From: a virus
Taxonomy: Duplodnaviria; Caudoviricetes
Length of the DNA: 64,000 nt
Virus record (IMG/VR): IMGVR_UViG_3300020577_002562
Span: 123,210-187,209 of that record
Direction: 5' to 3' (one strand)
In this document: in pieces, positions 8,929-19,431 of the stretch
How the letters are laid out: the number at the start of each line of letters is the position of its first letter
Position numbering within the stretch: position 1 is the first letter of the stretch
Position numbers and translations under genes: made by a program
Notes under the pieces: model-generated
Database searches by the model: none
What the model was told of the DNA's origin: nothing
What the model saw: only the letters and a program-made list of their open reading frames with translations

Positions 8929-9940
8929 AGTGATAGTCGATGTCCTCGTCCGTGATACGTAGCCAGCAGATGTTCTCCGTGAACATCAGTTGAGCTTTCT
9001 TGCCTTTCATGTTCTGCAACGTGTCATACGCCAGCATTGGGTTGATCTTGGTCTTGAACATCATCGTCTTGGTTGCTGAGCACACGGCACTATATTTGCC
9101 AAACTCATTACTGGCCTTCAAGCTGATGCCGTCGTCAGTTACGGCCAAGTCAAGCCCTCCCGCTTTGTCGAACAGGTGGAAGCTTTGGTATAGCAAGGCC
9201 AGCAGTTCATCAATGTTGACAGTAGCCAACCCAATCGGCTTTGTCTTCTGTAGCGCAAGCTCCAACGGCACGTCGATAGCTACTTGCGGTGGGGCCAGCG
9301 CAGGAGACTGATACTCCAGCATGTCCGATCTGATTTGCGTGCCAGAGTCCTGAATGTTCAACTCAATGGCAGACTCGGACCAGGATGATACTTGTGCCAG
9401 CAGATAGCTGCTGATCTGAGTGCTCATCCGCGCCTTGATAGGCTTTGTTACGGCCAACGCCATGTGATACATATCGTAGCGGCCTACTACCAAATGACTC
9501 TTGGTACTGTGTATGTGGAGCATAGGCTCGACGCCTACACCGTATACGTCAGACAGCATAGTCTTGCGACCCATCTCTAGCACTCGTTTTTGCTCCTTAG
9601 CAGTCATCTTGTCTCCGCCCTCCATCTTGAACTTGACGGAAGGGTCGTAATCAACTGCATTCAGAGTGGCTTTAGCTCGGGCCGATTGCACCAGCAAAGT
9701 CTTCGTTGTCGGGGTCAACTCTACGTCGCCCGCCGACAACAACGGAATTAGAGTTTCCATCCCTATCCAACACGTCTTGCTTTCTCCTGTGGCAGATGCC
9801 CCAGGCACCAAAAACTTAGCATACGTGCCTTCCATCTCAGCACGGATCGATCCATCATTCTTGATGCCGATTATGGTTGCACCCGTCAATCCACTGACCG
9901 TGTTGATGGTCTGTTTCAGGTCTTTTGCTTTGGCTTTCAT
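8906..9940 (-). CDS. putative sliding clamp (beta-clamp-like processivity factor)
   Basis: 344 aa, apparent three-repeat alpha/beta pattern, N-terminus resembling DnaN, near polymerase. Confidence 0.5.
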   Translation of the reverse strand: MKAKAKDLKQTINTVSGLTGATIIGIKNDGSIRAEMEGTYAKFLVPGASATGESKTCWIGMETLIPLLSAGDVELTPTTKTLLVQSARAKATLNAVDYDPSVKFKMEGGDKMTAKEQKRVLEMGRKTMLSDVYGVGVEPMLHIHSTKSHLVVGRYDMYHMALAVTKPIKARMSTQISSYLLAQVSSWSESAIELNIQDSGTQIRSDMLEYQSPALAPPQVAIDVPLELALQKTKPIGLATVNIDELLALLYQSFHLFDKAGGLDLAVTDDGISLKASNEFGKYSAVCSATKTMMFKTKINPMLAYDTLQNMKGKKAQLMFTENICWLRITDEDIDYHYGFLYSN

Positions 9941-9978
9941 TCTGTTCTACCAATCACTTGGCTTACTTTACACATCAG

Positions 9979-10764
9979 TCAACCGCCCGCAATCACCGAG
10001 TTGCGAATACGATTGCTGATGTACTGCATTACGTACATGTACTTGTCAGGTCCAGGGCCGTAGTTCTTGATGTACTTGTGAAACTTGTGTACTAGATGAA
10101 GGGGCTGCAAAGCAACCACCATGCTCGGCGGCAATTCGATAGGAACAGTCAGCAGGTGGTTCTTCTCTTCACTGTCAAACACAGGCTCAAACAGGTTGTC
10201 CAGCGTGGACCACACAATCATGTAGTTGCCTTGTACGTACACCAACCACATATTGATGCGCTTCAAATGCGACGACAAGATGAAAGACGTGCTGCCTGGA
10301 GCCGGCCCAGCGTACACCATGCTCACACTTCTAGGGATCGGAGGCAACTGTGAAAACACCCGAGCAGCCACGCGTTTGCCGTAGTTTGAGGTATCTTCTC
10401 CCCACGGCTCCTGATTCAGTTGCAACAGATTGGTGGTGCAGATGCGAGCACACGACTCATCATTGGTGGAGGACCATACCGTGATACTGCTGTTCCGTTG
10501 CGGAATCAGTGTATGCAACGGTGCAGTGCCCCAGGCAGTATAAGCATATGACTCGAAGCGAAAATCGCTAACCATCTTGAATAGCATCTCAGAGACAGCA
10601 GTGTCACCTGAAATCTCGAACATCGAGTGCTGCGTGTGCTTGACGTTCCCGATCGTGAAGGCTGCGGTATCTTGTCTTACGATATAGCGCCACAACCAAT
10701 CCACACGGTCGTTGCCCTCTTTGTTGGTCGAACCGCGCAGAATGAATGCTCCCGTGAAATTCAT
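9979..10764 (-). CDS. hypothetical protein
   Basis: 261 aa ORF coupled to polymerase (ATGA overlap). Confidence 0.65.
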   Translation of the reverse strand: MNFTGAFILRGSTNKEGNDRVDWLWRYIVRQDTAAFTIGNVKHTQHSMFEISGDTAVSEMLFKMVSDFRFESYAYTAWGTAPLHTLIPQRNSSITVWSSTNDESCARICTTNLLQLNQEPWGEDTSNYGKRVAARVFSQLPPIPRSVSMVYAGPAPGSTSFILSSHLKRINMWLVYVQGNYMIVWSTLDNLFEPVFDSEEKNHLLTVPIELPPSMVVALQPLHLVHKFHKYIKNYGPGPDKYMYVMQYISNRIRNSVIAGG

Positions 10765-13700
10765 GATGTTACCTTCGGCATGATAGGGTAGTGTTTGTCC
10801 AAGTAGCTTTTCATACTTGGGGTCTGAGAGTACACACGCTTGTAACAGGCTTCAACTTCTACAGCCGGTAGCCGCTTCGCTTGCTCCTCTAATGCGGAGC
10901 GCACAATCTTCTTCATCGAGGAGTCTGACCAATCCCACTTGATCAGAGTAGAGCTATCAGATCCAAGCTCAAATTCTACCTCGAGCGGTGTAGTGAACTT
11001 GACCCCAAAGTGCTCGGCGTAATACTCCATGCAACCAATGGTCGCGCACCATTGCAGAATCTGGATAGCCGACAGATACAGTTCATACGGGCTGTCCGCT
11101 TCCAGAGCATCATGCACCATCAGTTCGATGTTGCCAAGGTCTACGCTACCATCTTCAAGCTCCCACTTCATCGGCACATGCTTGAAGCCAAACTTCTTGC
11201 AGAAGCGTTCCAGGTGGTAGCCAAACAAGTAGGCCGCGGTGTGCCCGATGTCACTGGCTACGCTTTGGATCGGGGAGTTTGCGCCGCGACGCTCCACGGC
11301 AGACTCGAACTGTTCTATGCCGAACAGGTGAGCATACATATGACGCCGACGACCGATCAACGACACTACAAAGTTGTGGAGCAGAGGCATCTTCTTCGCA
11401 GCTTCCAACCATGAGCTTGCTCTGGGGAATCGCTTGAAGAACTGCTTGAGCAGCTTCTCGATGAACTCCTTGGTCTTGTTCACTTGACCGGCGATTGAAC
11501 GAGCACTACGTCCATAGATTGCACCGAAGACGATACTCTTCACCGCGTCCCGATATGCAGCAATGTTGGAGGGCAGCCCTAGCTTATTCTTTATCTTGTC
11601 CATCACGGGCTTGATCTTGTCCATCGAGATGGAAAAGAAGAAGCTCACATTCTGAACGTGAACGTCGCCTTCCGTCAGCATACGTTCCAGATACTTCGGG
11701 TCTTCAGTCTTGCGAAACTTGCGGCGAAGCTCTCGACCAAAGTCAAACAGCTTCGACAGGATGGTGTCTTGTGATGTGATGGCCCACATTCGCACTTCGT
11801 GGGCGTTGTAGTCAACCTTGATCTTCAATCGGCCAAAGACGGTGGCGAAGGTTCGCTTCATGGTCTTGGCAAACTTGCCGCGACTCGGCAGATTCTGGAA
11901 GTTGGGCTCGTATGAGTTGCTTCGACCTGAGACTACATCAACAAAACCAAATGAAGGGAATAGCCGCTGCGTGGCTTTGAAGTCCGGGTTGGTTCGGAAG
12001 TTGAACAACCACGGCTTGACGTAGGTAGACAGAAGCTTGTCTACCTCACTAATGCTAGTGTAGTGCTTGACCTCTTCTACATCAGCATAGTGTTTGCAAA
12101 ATGCCTTGTCTATGGAGGGGCCACTCTTACCGAATGTCAACGGTTCGAGCTTCAACACGTCGAAGAACAACATCGCCTTGTGCTCTGGCTTGTTGATCTT
12201 GAACATCCACGCATTGTACTGTGACCCGTACATTGACGTGGCAGGAGCTCCGGTCAACTTGACCAGACGTTCATTGGCTTTACGTACAGCCTTTGTCTTG
12301 TATAGGGTTGAGCGTGTTTCATTGACTATGCTCTGCAACGGTCCATTGTTCCGACGCAGGTAGTGCAACCACTCCAAGTCAACCGCCACGCCACGGCCTT
12401 CCATCGTGGCGTGTACGTTGATCATGTTGTTGAGTTGCGTCACCATCAACCGCTGATAGTCCTTACGGTAGGACATATCGAGCACACGGCTGGTCCAGCT
12501 ACGAGTATGTCGGGTATGCTTGGCTCTTAACTGCTGTTGCTCATGTATGGCGAACGGAGCCTGGACATCCATTGCGGCATAATTGAGCACCTTCTTGGTC
12601 AACTTGACCGATCCGATGGTAGCACGTTCCGCCTTAGAGAATTCGGCCCTACGATACCAGTCGCATCCATAGTTGACACACACCTGCATCAAACCGTACT
12701 GTGGCGTGCCGTACTTCTTGAGCGTCTTGACGTTTTCGTCAAGCAGAAACTCCCCCGCCATCAAATCCCAGACTCGACGCTTAAACAGGAAGAGCTTCAG
12801 ATTCAAGCGCGACACGATCATGTCGAACTTGATGTTGTGTCCTATCGCATACTCGTCATACTCTGTGTCCATTGGATCTGGACCAGAATCAAACAGTTCA
12901 TACAAGTCCTGCTCGATACTAGCTAGATCGCTTCTGGAGAACTTGCTGTCTTTGTGGTATAGAGGGACAACATAGCCACGCTTAGAGTCGAACGCGAACT
13001 GAAGTAACAGCAGTCTGTTGTCAACTGCACGGTTGAGGTTATCTGTCTCAGTATCGAACGCCCACACTTTACGTCGCATCAATGCTGAGTGTAGCTTGCG
13101 CCACTTGCGCATTGTGTCGATCAGCACTGGTCTTGGCTTGACCTCAATCTTGTAAAGCAGGTCTCCGTGCAATGCCGATGCTACGTTACGTGATTGATAC
13201 CCCAACAGATTGGCGTGATCTAGTGCCGCGTCATCTACATCGCCTTCGCCACCATCATCTAGTTGCTTCTTCGAGTACGCCTTGTGAAGCGACACTGTGC
13301 TGAACCACAGCATCTTGGTCTTTGGATGCTTGTGGGGCCAACCACGATACACTTCAGGGTCTTCTATCCACGGGAGTAATGCTCGTGCAGCGTTGTCGCC
13401 AATCACCAGCACCTTGTGCGGCTTTGCTTTCTCTATGAATGCGTTGACCCGTTCAGCCGCCGCTGTGTCGCATAGATCTTGCGTTTCGCGAGATAGATCG
13501 TAGGTCTTGACAAAGTTGAAGTTTATGAAGGCAAATGCTGGTACCGTCAGTTCGTGGCCCGCGTTTCTGACTTGATCCACAGCCATCTTGTAGGCATTGG
13601 AAAAGCTAGTGCTGAACGGACCCGACAAAAGTCGTCCACTCTCAAGATCCTGAGTGTCTACGTGCTCAATGACTACCAAAATGCGGTGCTTGCTGATCTT

Positions 13701-13808
13701 CCAGCTAGGATCGACCGCAATGGATAGGTTGTATGGTTCTCGCTCTTTCAGTTCGGGAACTCGCAGCAAAGAGCGCGGCAAGTCCGATTGAAACTTCATG
13801 TAGCGCAT
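10761..13808 (-). CDS. family A DNA polymerase with 3'-5' exonuclease and probable N-terminal UDG-like domain
   Basis: FDTET, GHNIKFD, YAAMD exonuclease motifs; PNFQNLP, DYNAHEVR, RDAVKSIVFGAIYG, MVHDA polymerase motifs. Confidence 0.95.
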   Translation of the reverse strand: MRYMKFQSDLPRSLLRVPELKEREPYNLSIAVDPSWKISKHRILVVIEHVDTQDLESGRLLSGPFSTSFSNAYKMAVDQVRNAGHELTVPAFAFINFNFVKTYDLSRETQDLCDTAAAERVNAFIEKAKPHKVLVIGDNAARALLPWIEDPEVYRGWPHKHPKTKMLWFSTVSLHKAYSKKQLDDGGEGDVDDAALDHANLLGYQSRNVASALHGDLLYKIEVKPRPVLIDTMRKWRKLHSALMRRKVWAFDTETDNLNRAVDNRLLLLQFAFDSKRGYVVPLYHKDSKFSRSDLASIEQDLYELFDSGPDPMDTEYDEYAIGHNIKFDMIVSRLNLKLFLFKRRVWDLMAGEFLLDENVKTLKKYGTPQYGLMQVCVNYGCDWYRRAEFSKAERATIGSVKLTKKVLNYAAMDVQAPFAIHEQQQLRAKHTRHTRSWTSRVLDMSYRKDYQRLMVTQLNNMINVHATMEGRGVAVDLEWLHYLRRNNGPLQSIVNETRSTLYKTKAVRKANERLVKLTGAPATSMYGSQYNAWMFKINKPEHKAMLFFDVLKLEPLTFGKSGPSIDKAFCKHYADVEEVKHYTSISEVDKLLSTYVKPWLFNFRTNPDFKATQRLFPSFGFVDVVSGRSNSYEPNFQNLPSRGKFAKTMKRTFATVFGRLKIKVDYNAHEVRMWAITSQDTILSKLFDFGRELRRKFRKTEDPKYLERMLTEGDVHVQNVSFFFSISMDKIKPVMDKIKNKLGLPSNIAAYRDAVKSIVFGAIYGRSARSIAGQVNKTKEFIEKLLKQFFKRFPRASSWLEAAKKMPLLHNFVVSLIGRRRHMYAHLFGIEQFESAVERRGANSPIQSVASDIGHTAAYLFGYHLERFCKKFGFKHVPMKWELEDGSVDLGNIELMVHDALEADSPYELYLSAIQILQWCATIGCMEYYAEHFGVKFTTPLEVEFELGSDSSTLIKWDWSDSSMKKIVRSALEEQAKRLPAVEVEACYKRVYSQTPSMKSYLDKHYPIMPKVTS

Positions 13809-13825
13809 TATTGAGAGACAAAGAG

Positions 13826-13857
13826 TAAGGGCCGATGAGTTACCCCATCGGCCCTTA
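13826..13857 (-). terminator. intrinsic terminator-like hairpin
   Basis: 12-bp stem TAAGGGCCGATG/CATCGGCCCTTA followed by pyrimidine run on minus strand. Confidence 0.65.
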
Positions 13858-13930
13858 GCTCTTGATACCTTGATGGTGGTGGATTGGCTACTTTACAGTC
13901 CGTATGTGACGCGGACTTGCATTTGCAACA

Positions 13931-14350
13931 TCACGGAGCAGGCGTGTCTACCGGTTCTTCTTGCGGCTGCTGTGGTTGCACTTGGTCTTCTACTACAGGA
14001 GCATCTGGCACGACCGGCGTATCAACAGGGTCGACTGCTACAACTGGTTCCACAGGTGCTTCCGGTGCTTCAGGTGCTGCCGGTGCTTCAGGTGCTGCCG
14101 ATGCTTCAGGTGCTGCAGGAGCTTCCGCAGCGAATAGCGCTTGCAGTTCATCCGGCAATCCTTGCATGTAGATAGGCTGCTGACAGTCGAGTGCAGTAGA
14201 TCGGCCGGCGCGACGGCAGCAATCTTCGTATGCCGATTGCAGATACTGATCGTAGCCACCTTCTTCAGAAGCATACAGCACGCCCTTGTTGAAGAAATAG
14301 CTGCGAATCGTTTGCCAGTGCTCGGGTGTCAGGTGTACGTATCCAGTCAT
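13931..14350 (-). CDS. hypothetical protein with EAPAAP low-complexity tail
   Basis: AGGAAAG SD; 9/18-bp internal repeats. Confidence 0.7.
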   Translation of the reverse strand: MTGYVHLTPEHWQTIRSYFFNKGVLYASEEGGYDQYLQSAYEDCCRRAGRSTALDCQQPIYMQGLPDELQALFAAEAPAAPEASAAPEAPAAPEAPEAPVEPVVAVDPVDTPVVPDAPVVEDQVQPQQPQEEPVDTPAP

Positions 14351-14357
14351 TTGAGTC

Positions 14358-17300
14358 TCACTTTCCTATGGTTCGGAGTTCATCGATGCGCTTCGAGGTC
14401 TTCAGCGCGTTAGTGATGGTATAGCTCTTAGTCAGTTCAACAAGTTTCCTCTTTGCGTCTTGGCGGTTGGCACAGAACAGGAACATCTCATGCTCGGCTT
14501 CTTCCCATGCAATGCCGGGTACGATGATGCGACGAATGGCAGACCAAGATTGCTTGTGCGCCGTCTGATCAATGCACAAGTACACATCACCGTTGTCCAC
14601 CATCACATATGGCCTAGCCTCCTTTGCGCCTACTGGCTTGATGGCGGCTCGCAGAAAGTCCTTCAACACCGTCGGTGTCAGCACCTTCATAAAATTGTCC
14701 AGATCCTTGGCACGCTTCCAAAGCTCCAGAGTCTCTTGTAGCCGTTTCAGATGCGCCTCGTTGATTTCCAACTTGGCTTGTGCCAAATCAAGCCACTTAG
14801 CAAGATGACGCCAGGTCTTCAGTTCTGTGTAGTAGTACGGACGGTTCGGGACGAAGCCTAGTCTCCTCAACTCTGTCACTGGTACGTCCGGATCTTCTGC
14901 GTCTACGCCCAGAGCAATCCACTCGTTGTAGTTGATGGCGAACACGCTGAACTGCTGGTTCACCGTCTTGTCAACGTTTGGCACCGGCTTGTTTGGAATG
15001 ACCTTTGGAAGTTCCTTCTTACTACGACCTGGGTCCACAGCGCGAGTCGAATCTGCACCAGCAATGCGTGCCATTGTCTCGCGCACGTTCACTGTCTTAC
15101 GTTGAACCACGAACGCAGTGTCCTTGTTGTATGCTTGCACCTTTCCATTGATGCGAACACGTACACTGCGGTCACTCATACCAGTGCATTCACCCTCGCC
15201 ATCTTCGGTGTGAATGATTAAGCCAGTTGGATCGAACTCCTTCTTACGCCTGTTCTCACTCTCGTAGGTCGTGAACTTGACCAGGCCAAGCTCTTCCATG
15301 CCATATAGATCGATGCCGGGAATGTACGGCACCTTCTTCAACATGGCACTGCCAGGCAACACACCGCCGTCCTCAAGCTTATACGGTTTGGAGAACCGCG
15401 TCTTGTCTTTCAGGAAGTCTTCATACGCTTCTTCTTCCAAGTTACGATACTGTTGGTACGTATCGATGTAGTTTGCAAGACTATTCTCCCCACCGTCAGT
15501 AAAGGAGTTCGACGCCGAAATGTTGGTCAATGACATTGACACCGGAGGGAGAGAAGGAAGATTCTGGAAGCGCGGGTCTTCCGATTCATACCACTTCAAG
15601 GTCTCTACGAGTTTCGCAACCATGCGACTCGTCTTGGTAACGTCAATCGAGTTGTTGACGATCACCATGTCAATGAAGATTTCCTTGCGGAACTCGCTTG
15701 CCACATTTGGTCGAAGCACACGAGCTTCGCCTTGCTCCATAGCACCCCAGTTCCACACGGCTTGGATTCGGATGAGCCGCGAACAGAACTGTAGGTTACG
15801 CCCGGTGTTCAACGAATCTTCAACGCCGACCAGTGCCCAGATCTCCGGGTTCTTCTCGAACTCGTCAAGATACTGGTCCTTGGTCATCTCACCACCGCTT
15901 GCACGGTACAGCAATATGTGCTTCTTCAACTCAGGTGGAGCATACTTGTAGACTGCGTTGGCACCGATATGGTTTTTGGCGAAGATCAGTACCTTACCAG
16001 GGTATTGTTTGATCTGTGCTTGGTGCTTGGTGATCAGTTCGTGAACCTTCTTGATCTTGGGACTGATGGCTTTCCGCTCATCAGTGATGGCAAACCCCGC
16101 TTCATCTGCCATCGGATCACATAGGAATTCTTCCAGACGGGCGATGTGGATAGATCCGTCGAGGAAATTCTCCAACTCGTCTTCTTCATCTTCCGTCATC
16201 TTACCCGTCTCAAGCGCCTTCTTGAGTTTGGGATTCTTCTCGGCGATTTCTTCTCGGATAGCCTCGATCTGTTCTTCAACCAAGCGGTTATAAATGATCT
16301 GAACATCCTGGTCCATCGGTACAACGAAATACTCGTCTGTGACCTTCGGCAACAGTGCTTTCCACTCACGACGCTTGATCGTGATGACGTTGGAGTGTTG
16401 CTCTTGTCTGCGACGAATGGCACGACCAGCATTCGGAATCCAAGCTCCACGGCCCTTGTTGGGATCTTTGAACTCCTCATTGAATCGCTTGAGGTCACCA
16501 AACACAGTGGGCTCGATTTGAGCGAACAACGCCACCACGTCTTCGTTAGTGTCTGGCAAGTATGTGCCCGACATTTGGCGAATGACTTTGATGGTACTAG
16601 CTAGTTGCATAGCCATGCGGGTACGGACGGAGTACACATTCTTCAGCTTGTGCACTTCATCTACCCACAAACCATCCCACTCGAACTCGCGTAGAAACTC
16701 CAGGTTGTTGCTGGTGGTAACACGCGATGTTCCGTAACCATAGTCTTCTGACCTACCACTGAGAAACTCGAAGCCTGTGATGCAGATGGTGTTTGGTGGT
16801 GCAGACTGAATCAACTCACGCAGCTTGTCATAGCCCCAGCTATTGACTGTGACAGTCGAGATGGCGATGATGTTGACTCGACCCCCAAATACCTTGTTCG
16901 CATCGATAAAGTAGTTCTTCATCAAGTCCGCGGGACACATGATGAGCGGACGCTTAACTCTACCGACCTTCATGTTCAGGGCAATATCTATCAGGGCAAC
17001 AATGGTTTTACCACCACCAGCCTGAACATCGATCACTGCAGCAGGTGGGAGATTCTTAAGCCACGAGAATATCTTGCCCTGATGAGCGAGAAGTGTTGCG
17101 TTCTTTACGAACGGCACCTTCGGCATCGTGAAAGTTTCAGCCGTTTCCAACTGTGGATTGACATAAACGGCACGTAGCTTCTCGTCTTGTGCTCGAATCT
17201 CGGCCTTCTTTGGGGCGTACTTGGAAATGACAACGCAGATGGCGATAGCCAGAGTAGCTCCGTGAACACCACAGGCTTCACAGATGTCGCTCAGACGCTT

Positions 17301-19007
17301 CTCGTAGTTCTTGGCCAGGTAATCAGCGGCCTCTGCCAGCAGACGTAGAGGCAGCACTGGGCTTTTATCTGTGATGTCTGCCAGCACGAATCCGTACCGT
17401 GCAGCCCACTCCTCTGAGAAATACTTGTATAGGGCTGGATTCGAGTCTTCAGACAGTGTACGGCCCATGCGGGCCAAGTCTGCATTGATGATGTTCAACA
17501 GCGTCTTGGTCGAACCCTCATTCAACGCAGCAATCACGCCGGTACGCGAGTCTGGCAGGAACCATTCGGTGTACTTAAGGCCTGCATGTTGCGTCAACTT
17601 GTAGCCGATTGCCGCCAGCGCTTTGCCCAAATGACTGAACGCGGTTCCTGCTGCACCGCGTTGTGGATCAGACTCTAGCAACTGACGGATGTGGGTCGCC
17701 GTGGCTGGACGGCAAGAGTTCAGATCATCAACCTTGAGTGTTCCGCTGTCGGTGGTGTAGGTGAACTTGCCTTGGTACCAGTCAGTGAACACTGGCTCAT
17801 TTCGACCCGCACGCTTACGCAGCATCGTGGCTTGACCAGCAGCGTTCAAGCCCTCTCTGTAGTGGGTCTTCTCTGGCGTGATCACATCGACGGCCGCAAA
17901 CTCGCCGCCTTCTGTTGTAGAACCTAGTTCAATCTCGTTCTCAACGCGCACAGCATTGTCTATTCCGACTTCTGGGATGAATCGGAAGTGACCACGTTGC
18001 GTTACCAGCAGACCATCATCATTGGTGCGCTTGACGGGAACGAGCCGTGAATCTTTGGTAGCACGAGCAATGGTGCTGATAGGGTTCAGAGTCTCTGTAT
18101 AGTTGGTGGCGCCACCTTCACCTTCATCAGTCTCGTCGCCTTTGTCGTCTTTCAGAGTGATGTTGATCAGACTCTGCAGGAACGCCGAGAAGTATTGAAG
18201 CCGAACCTTCGACAGTTCAGTCTGAGTGACGTATTCAACGACTTCAGTCGGGAAGTCATAGACGCCCGCAACATACACTTCCGCCAAGCGGAAGACGTGC
18301 TGACGTGCGTAGCCTACGAACTCACCGTCAGGCAGCTTCATCAATTGGTTGAATGGCACACCATCTTTGGTAGCACGCCCCATGAAGCGCACGCTCCGTG
18401 TTGCTTCAAGAAGCATCTCAGCCGGATCTTGAGAGTCCTCGTCTACCAGTTCAAGCTTATCCCAATCCGGCTTGAATCCCTTGTGGTTCTTGAAGACTCG
18501 CGCGGCTGGGATCTCAAAGTCGATTGGACCTGGTTCACTGAGGGCTGGATGAATCAGCCGAAGACCCTGCATGAACGCTTTGAGCGCGGGGACGTCACCC
18601 CCAAGACGACGACTCAGCAGTTCAGGAGTGCGTTGGATTCTGGTCAGTTGACCCAACGGAACTGTAGCTTGAACACCCTCGTCGGTACGCTTGAGTCTGA
18701 TGCCTGCAGCTGCCTTCTTGACGATTGGAAACTGCAACGCATCTTGAAAGCCGATGAGGAAGTCGTCATCTCGAAGATCCAGATTGAGCTTGGATGTTGC
18801 TGTCGCCGCCACAAAGGCATGCGTGAACATCGCGGTGAAGATGATGACGCCTTTGAAGTCTTCGACCAGAATTGAATACTGGTGGTAGTCCGTCAGGTCC
18901 ACTTTCGGTACGTCACTGAACCGACCTGCCAACTCTCGGACCGGCGTGTACTCGGCAAGGGTAGCAGCAGACGCGGCTGCGGCAGCCGTGGTTGTAAGTT
19001 CAAACAT
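14358..19007 (-). CDS. large SNF2/SF2-type helicase (about 1550 aa), possibly virion-associated
   Basis: QAGGGKT, WVDEVH, MSGT, NTGRNLQ, QGEARVLR motifs; start moved to MFELTTT, which overlaps the upstream stop. Confidence 0.85.
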   Translation of the reverse strand: MFELTTTAAAAASAATLAEYTPVRELAGRFSDVPKVDLTDYHQYSILVEDFKGVIIFTAMFTHAFVAATATSKLNLDLRDDDFLIGFQDALQFPIVKKAAAGIRLKRTDEGVQATVPLGQLTRIQRTPELLSRRLGGDVPALKAFMQGLRLIHPALSEPGPIDFEIPAARVFKNHKGFKPDWDKLELVDEDSQDPAEMLLEATRSVRFMGRATKDGVPFNQLMKLPDGEFVGYARQHVFRLAEVYVAGVYDFPTEVVEYVTQTELSKVRLQYFSAFLQSLINITLKDDKGDETDEGEGGATNYTETLNPISTIARATKDSRLVPVKRTNDDGLLVTQRGHFRFIPEVGIDNAVRVENEIELGSTTEGGEFAAVDVITPEKTHYREGLNAAGQATMLRKRAGRNEPVFTDWYQGKFTYTTDSGTLKVDDLNSCRPATATHIRQLLESDPQRGAAGTAFSHLGKALAAIGYKLTQHAGLKYTEWFLPDSRTGVIAALNEGSTKTLLNIINADLARMGRTLSEDSNPALYKYFSEEWAARYGFVLADITDKSPVLPLRLLAEAADYLAKNYEKRLSDICEACGVHGATLAIAICVVISKYAPKKAEIRAQDEKLRAVYVNPQLETAETFTMPKVPFVKNATLLAHQGKIFSWLKNLPPAAVIDVQAGGGKTIVALIDIALNMKVGRVKRPLIMCPADLMKNYFIDANKVFGGRVNIIAISTVTVNSWGYDKLRELIQSAPPNTICITGFEFLSGRSEDYGYGTSRVTTSNNLEFLREFEWDGLWVDEVHKLKNVYSVRTRMAMQLASTIKVIRQMSGTYLPDTNEDVVALFAQIEPTVFGDLKRFNEEFKDPNKGRGAWIPNAGRAIRRRQEQHSNVITIKRREWKALLPKVTDEYFVVPMDQDVQIIYNRLVEEQIEAIREEIAEKNPKLKKALETGKMTEDEEDELENFLDGSIHIARLEEFLCDPMADEAGFAITDERKAISPKIKKVHELITKHQAQIKQYPGKVLIFAKNHIGANAVYKYAPPELKKHILLYRASGGEMTKDQYLDEFEKNPEIWALVGVEDSLNTGRNLQFCSRLIRIQAVWNWGAMEQGEARVLRPNVASEFRKEIFIDMVIVNNSIDVTKTSRMVAKLVETLKWYESEDPRFQNLPSLPPVSMSLTNISASNSFTDGGENSLANYIDTYQQYRNLEEEAYEDFLKDKTRFSKPYKLEDGGVLPGSAMLKKVPYIPGIDLYGMEELGLVKFTTYESENRRKKEFDPTGLIIHTEDGEGECTGMSDRSVRVRINGKVQAYNKDTAFVVQRKTVNVRETMARIAGADSTRAVDPGRSKKELPKVIPNKPVPNVDKTVNQQFSVFAINYNEWIALGVDAEDPDVPVTELRRLGFVPNRPYYYTELKTWRHLAKWLDLAQAKLEINEAHLKRLQETLELWKRAKDLDNFMKVLTPTVLKDFLRAAIKPVGAKEARPYVMVDNGDVYLCIDQTAHKQSWSAIRRIIVPGIAWEEAEHEMFLFCANRQDAKRKLVELTKSYTITNALKTSKRIDELRTIGK

Positions 19008-19431
19008 TGGACATCTCTGCATAGTGGGACCAAACACTCGGAGCACCGAGCCCCGCACTTGGATAACGATTCAGCAGTTCCTTGGCCAATAGACGAGCCA
19101 GTTCGCGGTCTGGTTCTCTCTTGAACCATTCCTCAGTGTATTCAGTTGCTGCCAGCTTTGAGGCTTCAGCATCATGGAAACCGCTAAGACCATCTAGGAT
19201 TCGGTTCAGCACGTCACGACGATCTGCGTCAGTCAATGCAGGCCGACGCAATTCGTCAATGACTGAGCGTAGCTCGACGATTCTCTCCTGCAGCATTCGC
19301 TTGGTTTCCGTGGATCGTCCGGCTGTCAGCACGGGTGTAGATGCTCCCGTGTTTGGCAACCGATCAATCTGATCGTCTATCTCCGCAAGAATGCGGTCCA
19401 TGCGTGCGACTGTTTGATTAAGGTGTTTCAT
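19000..19431 (-). CDS. hypothetical protein
   Basis: operon packing. Confidence 0.65.
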   Translation of the reverse strand: MKHLNQTVARMDRILAEIDDQIDRLPNTGASTPVLTAGRSTETKRMLQERIVELRSVIDELRRPALTDADRRDVLNRILDGLSGFHDAEASKLAATEYTEEWFKREPDRELARLLAKELLNRYPSAGLGAPSVWSHYAEMSNV

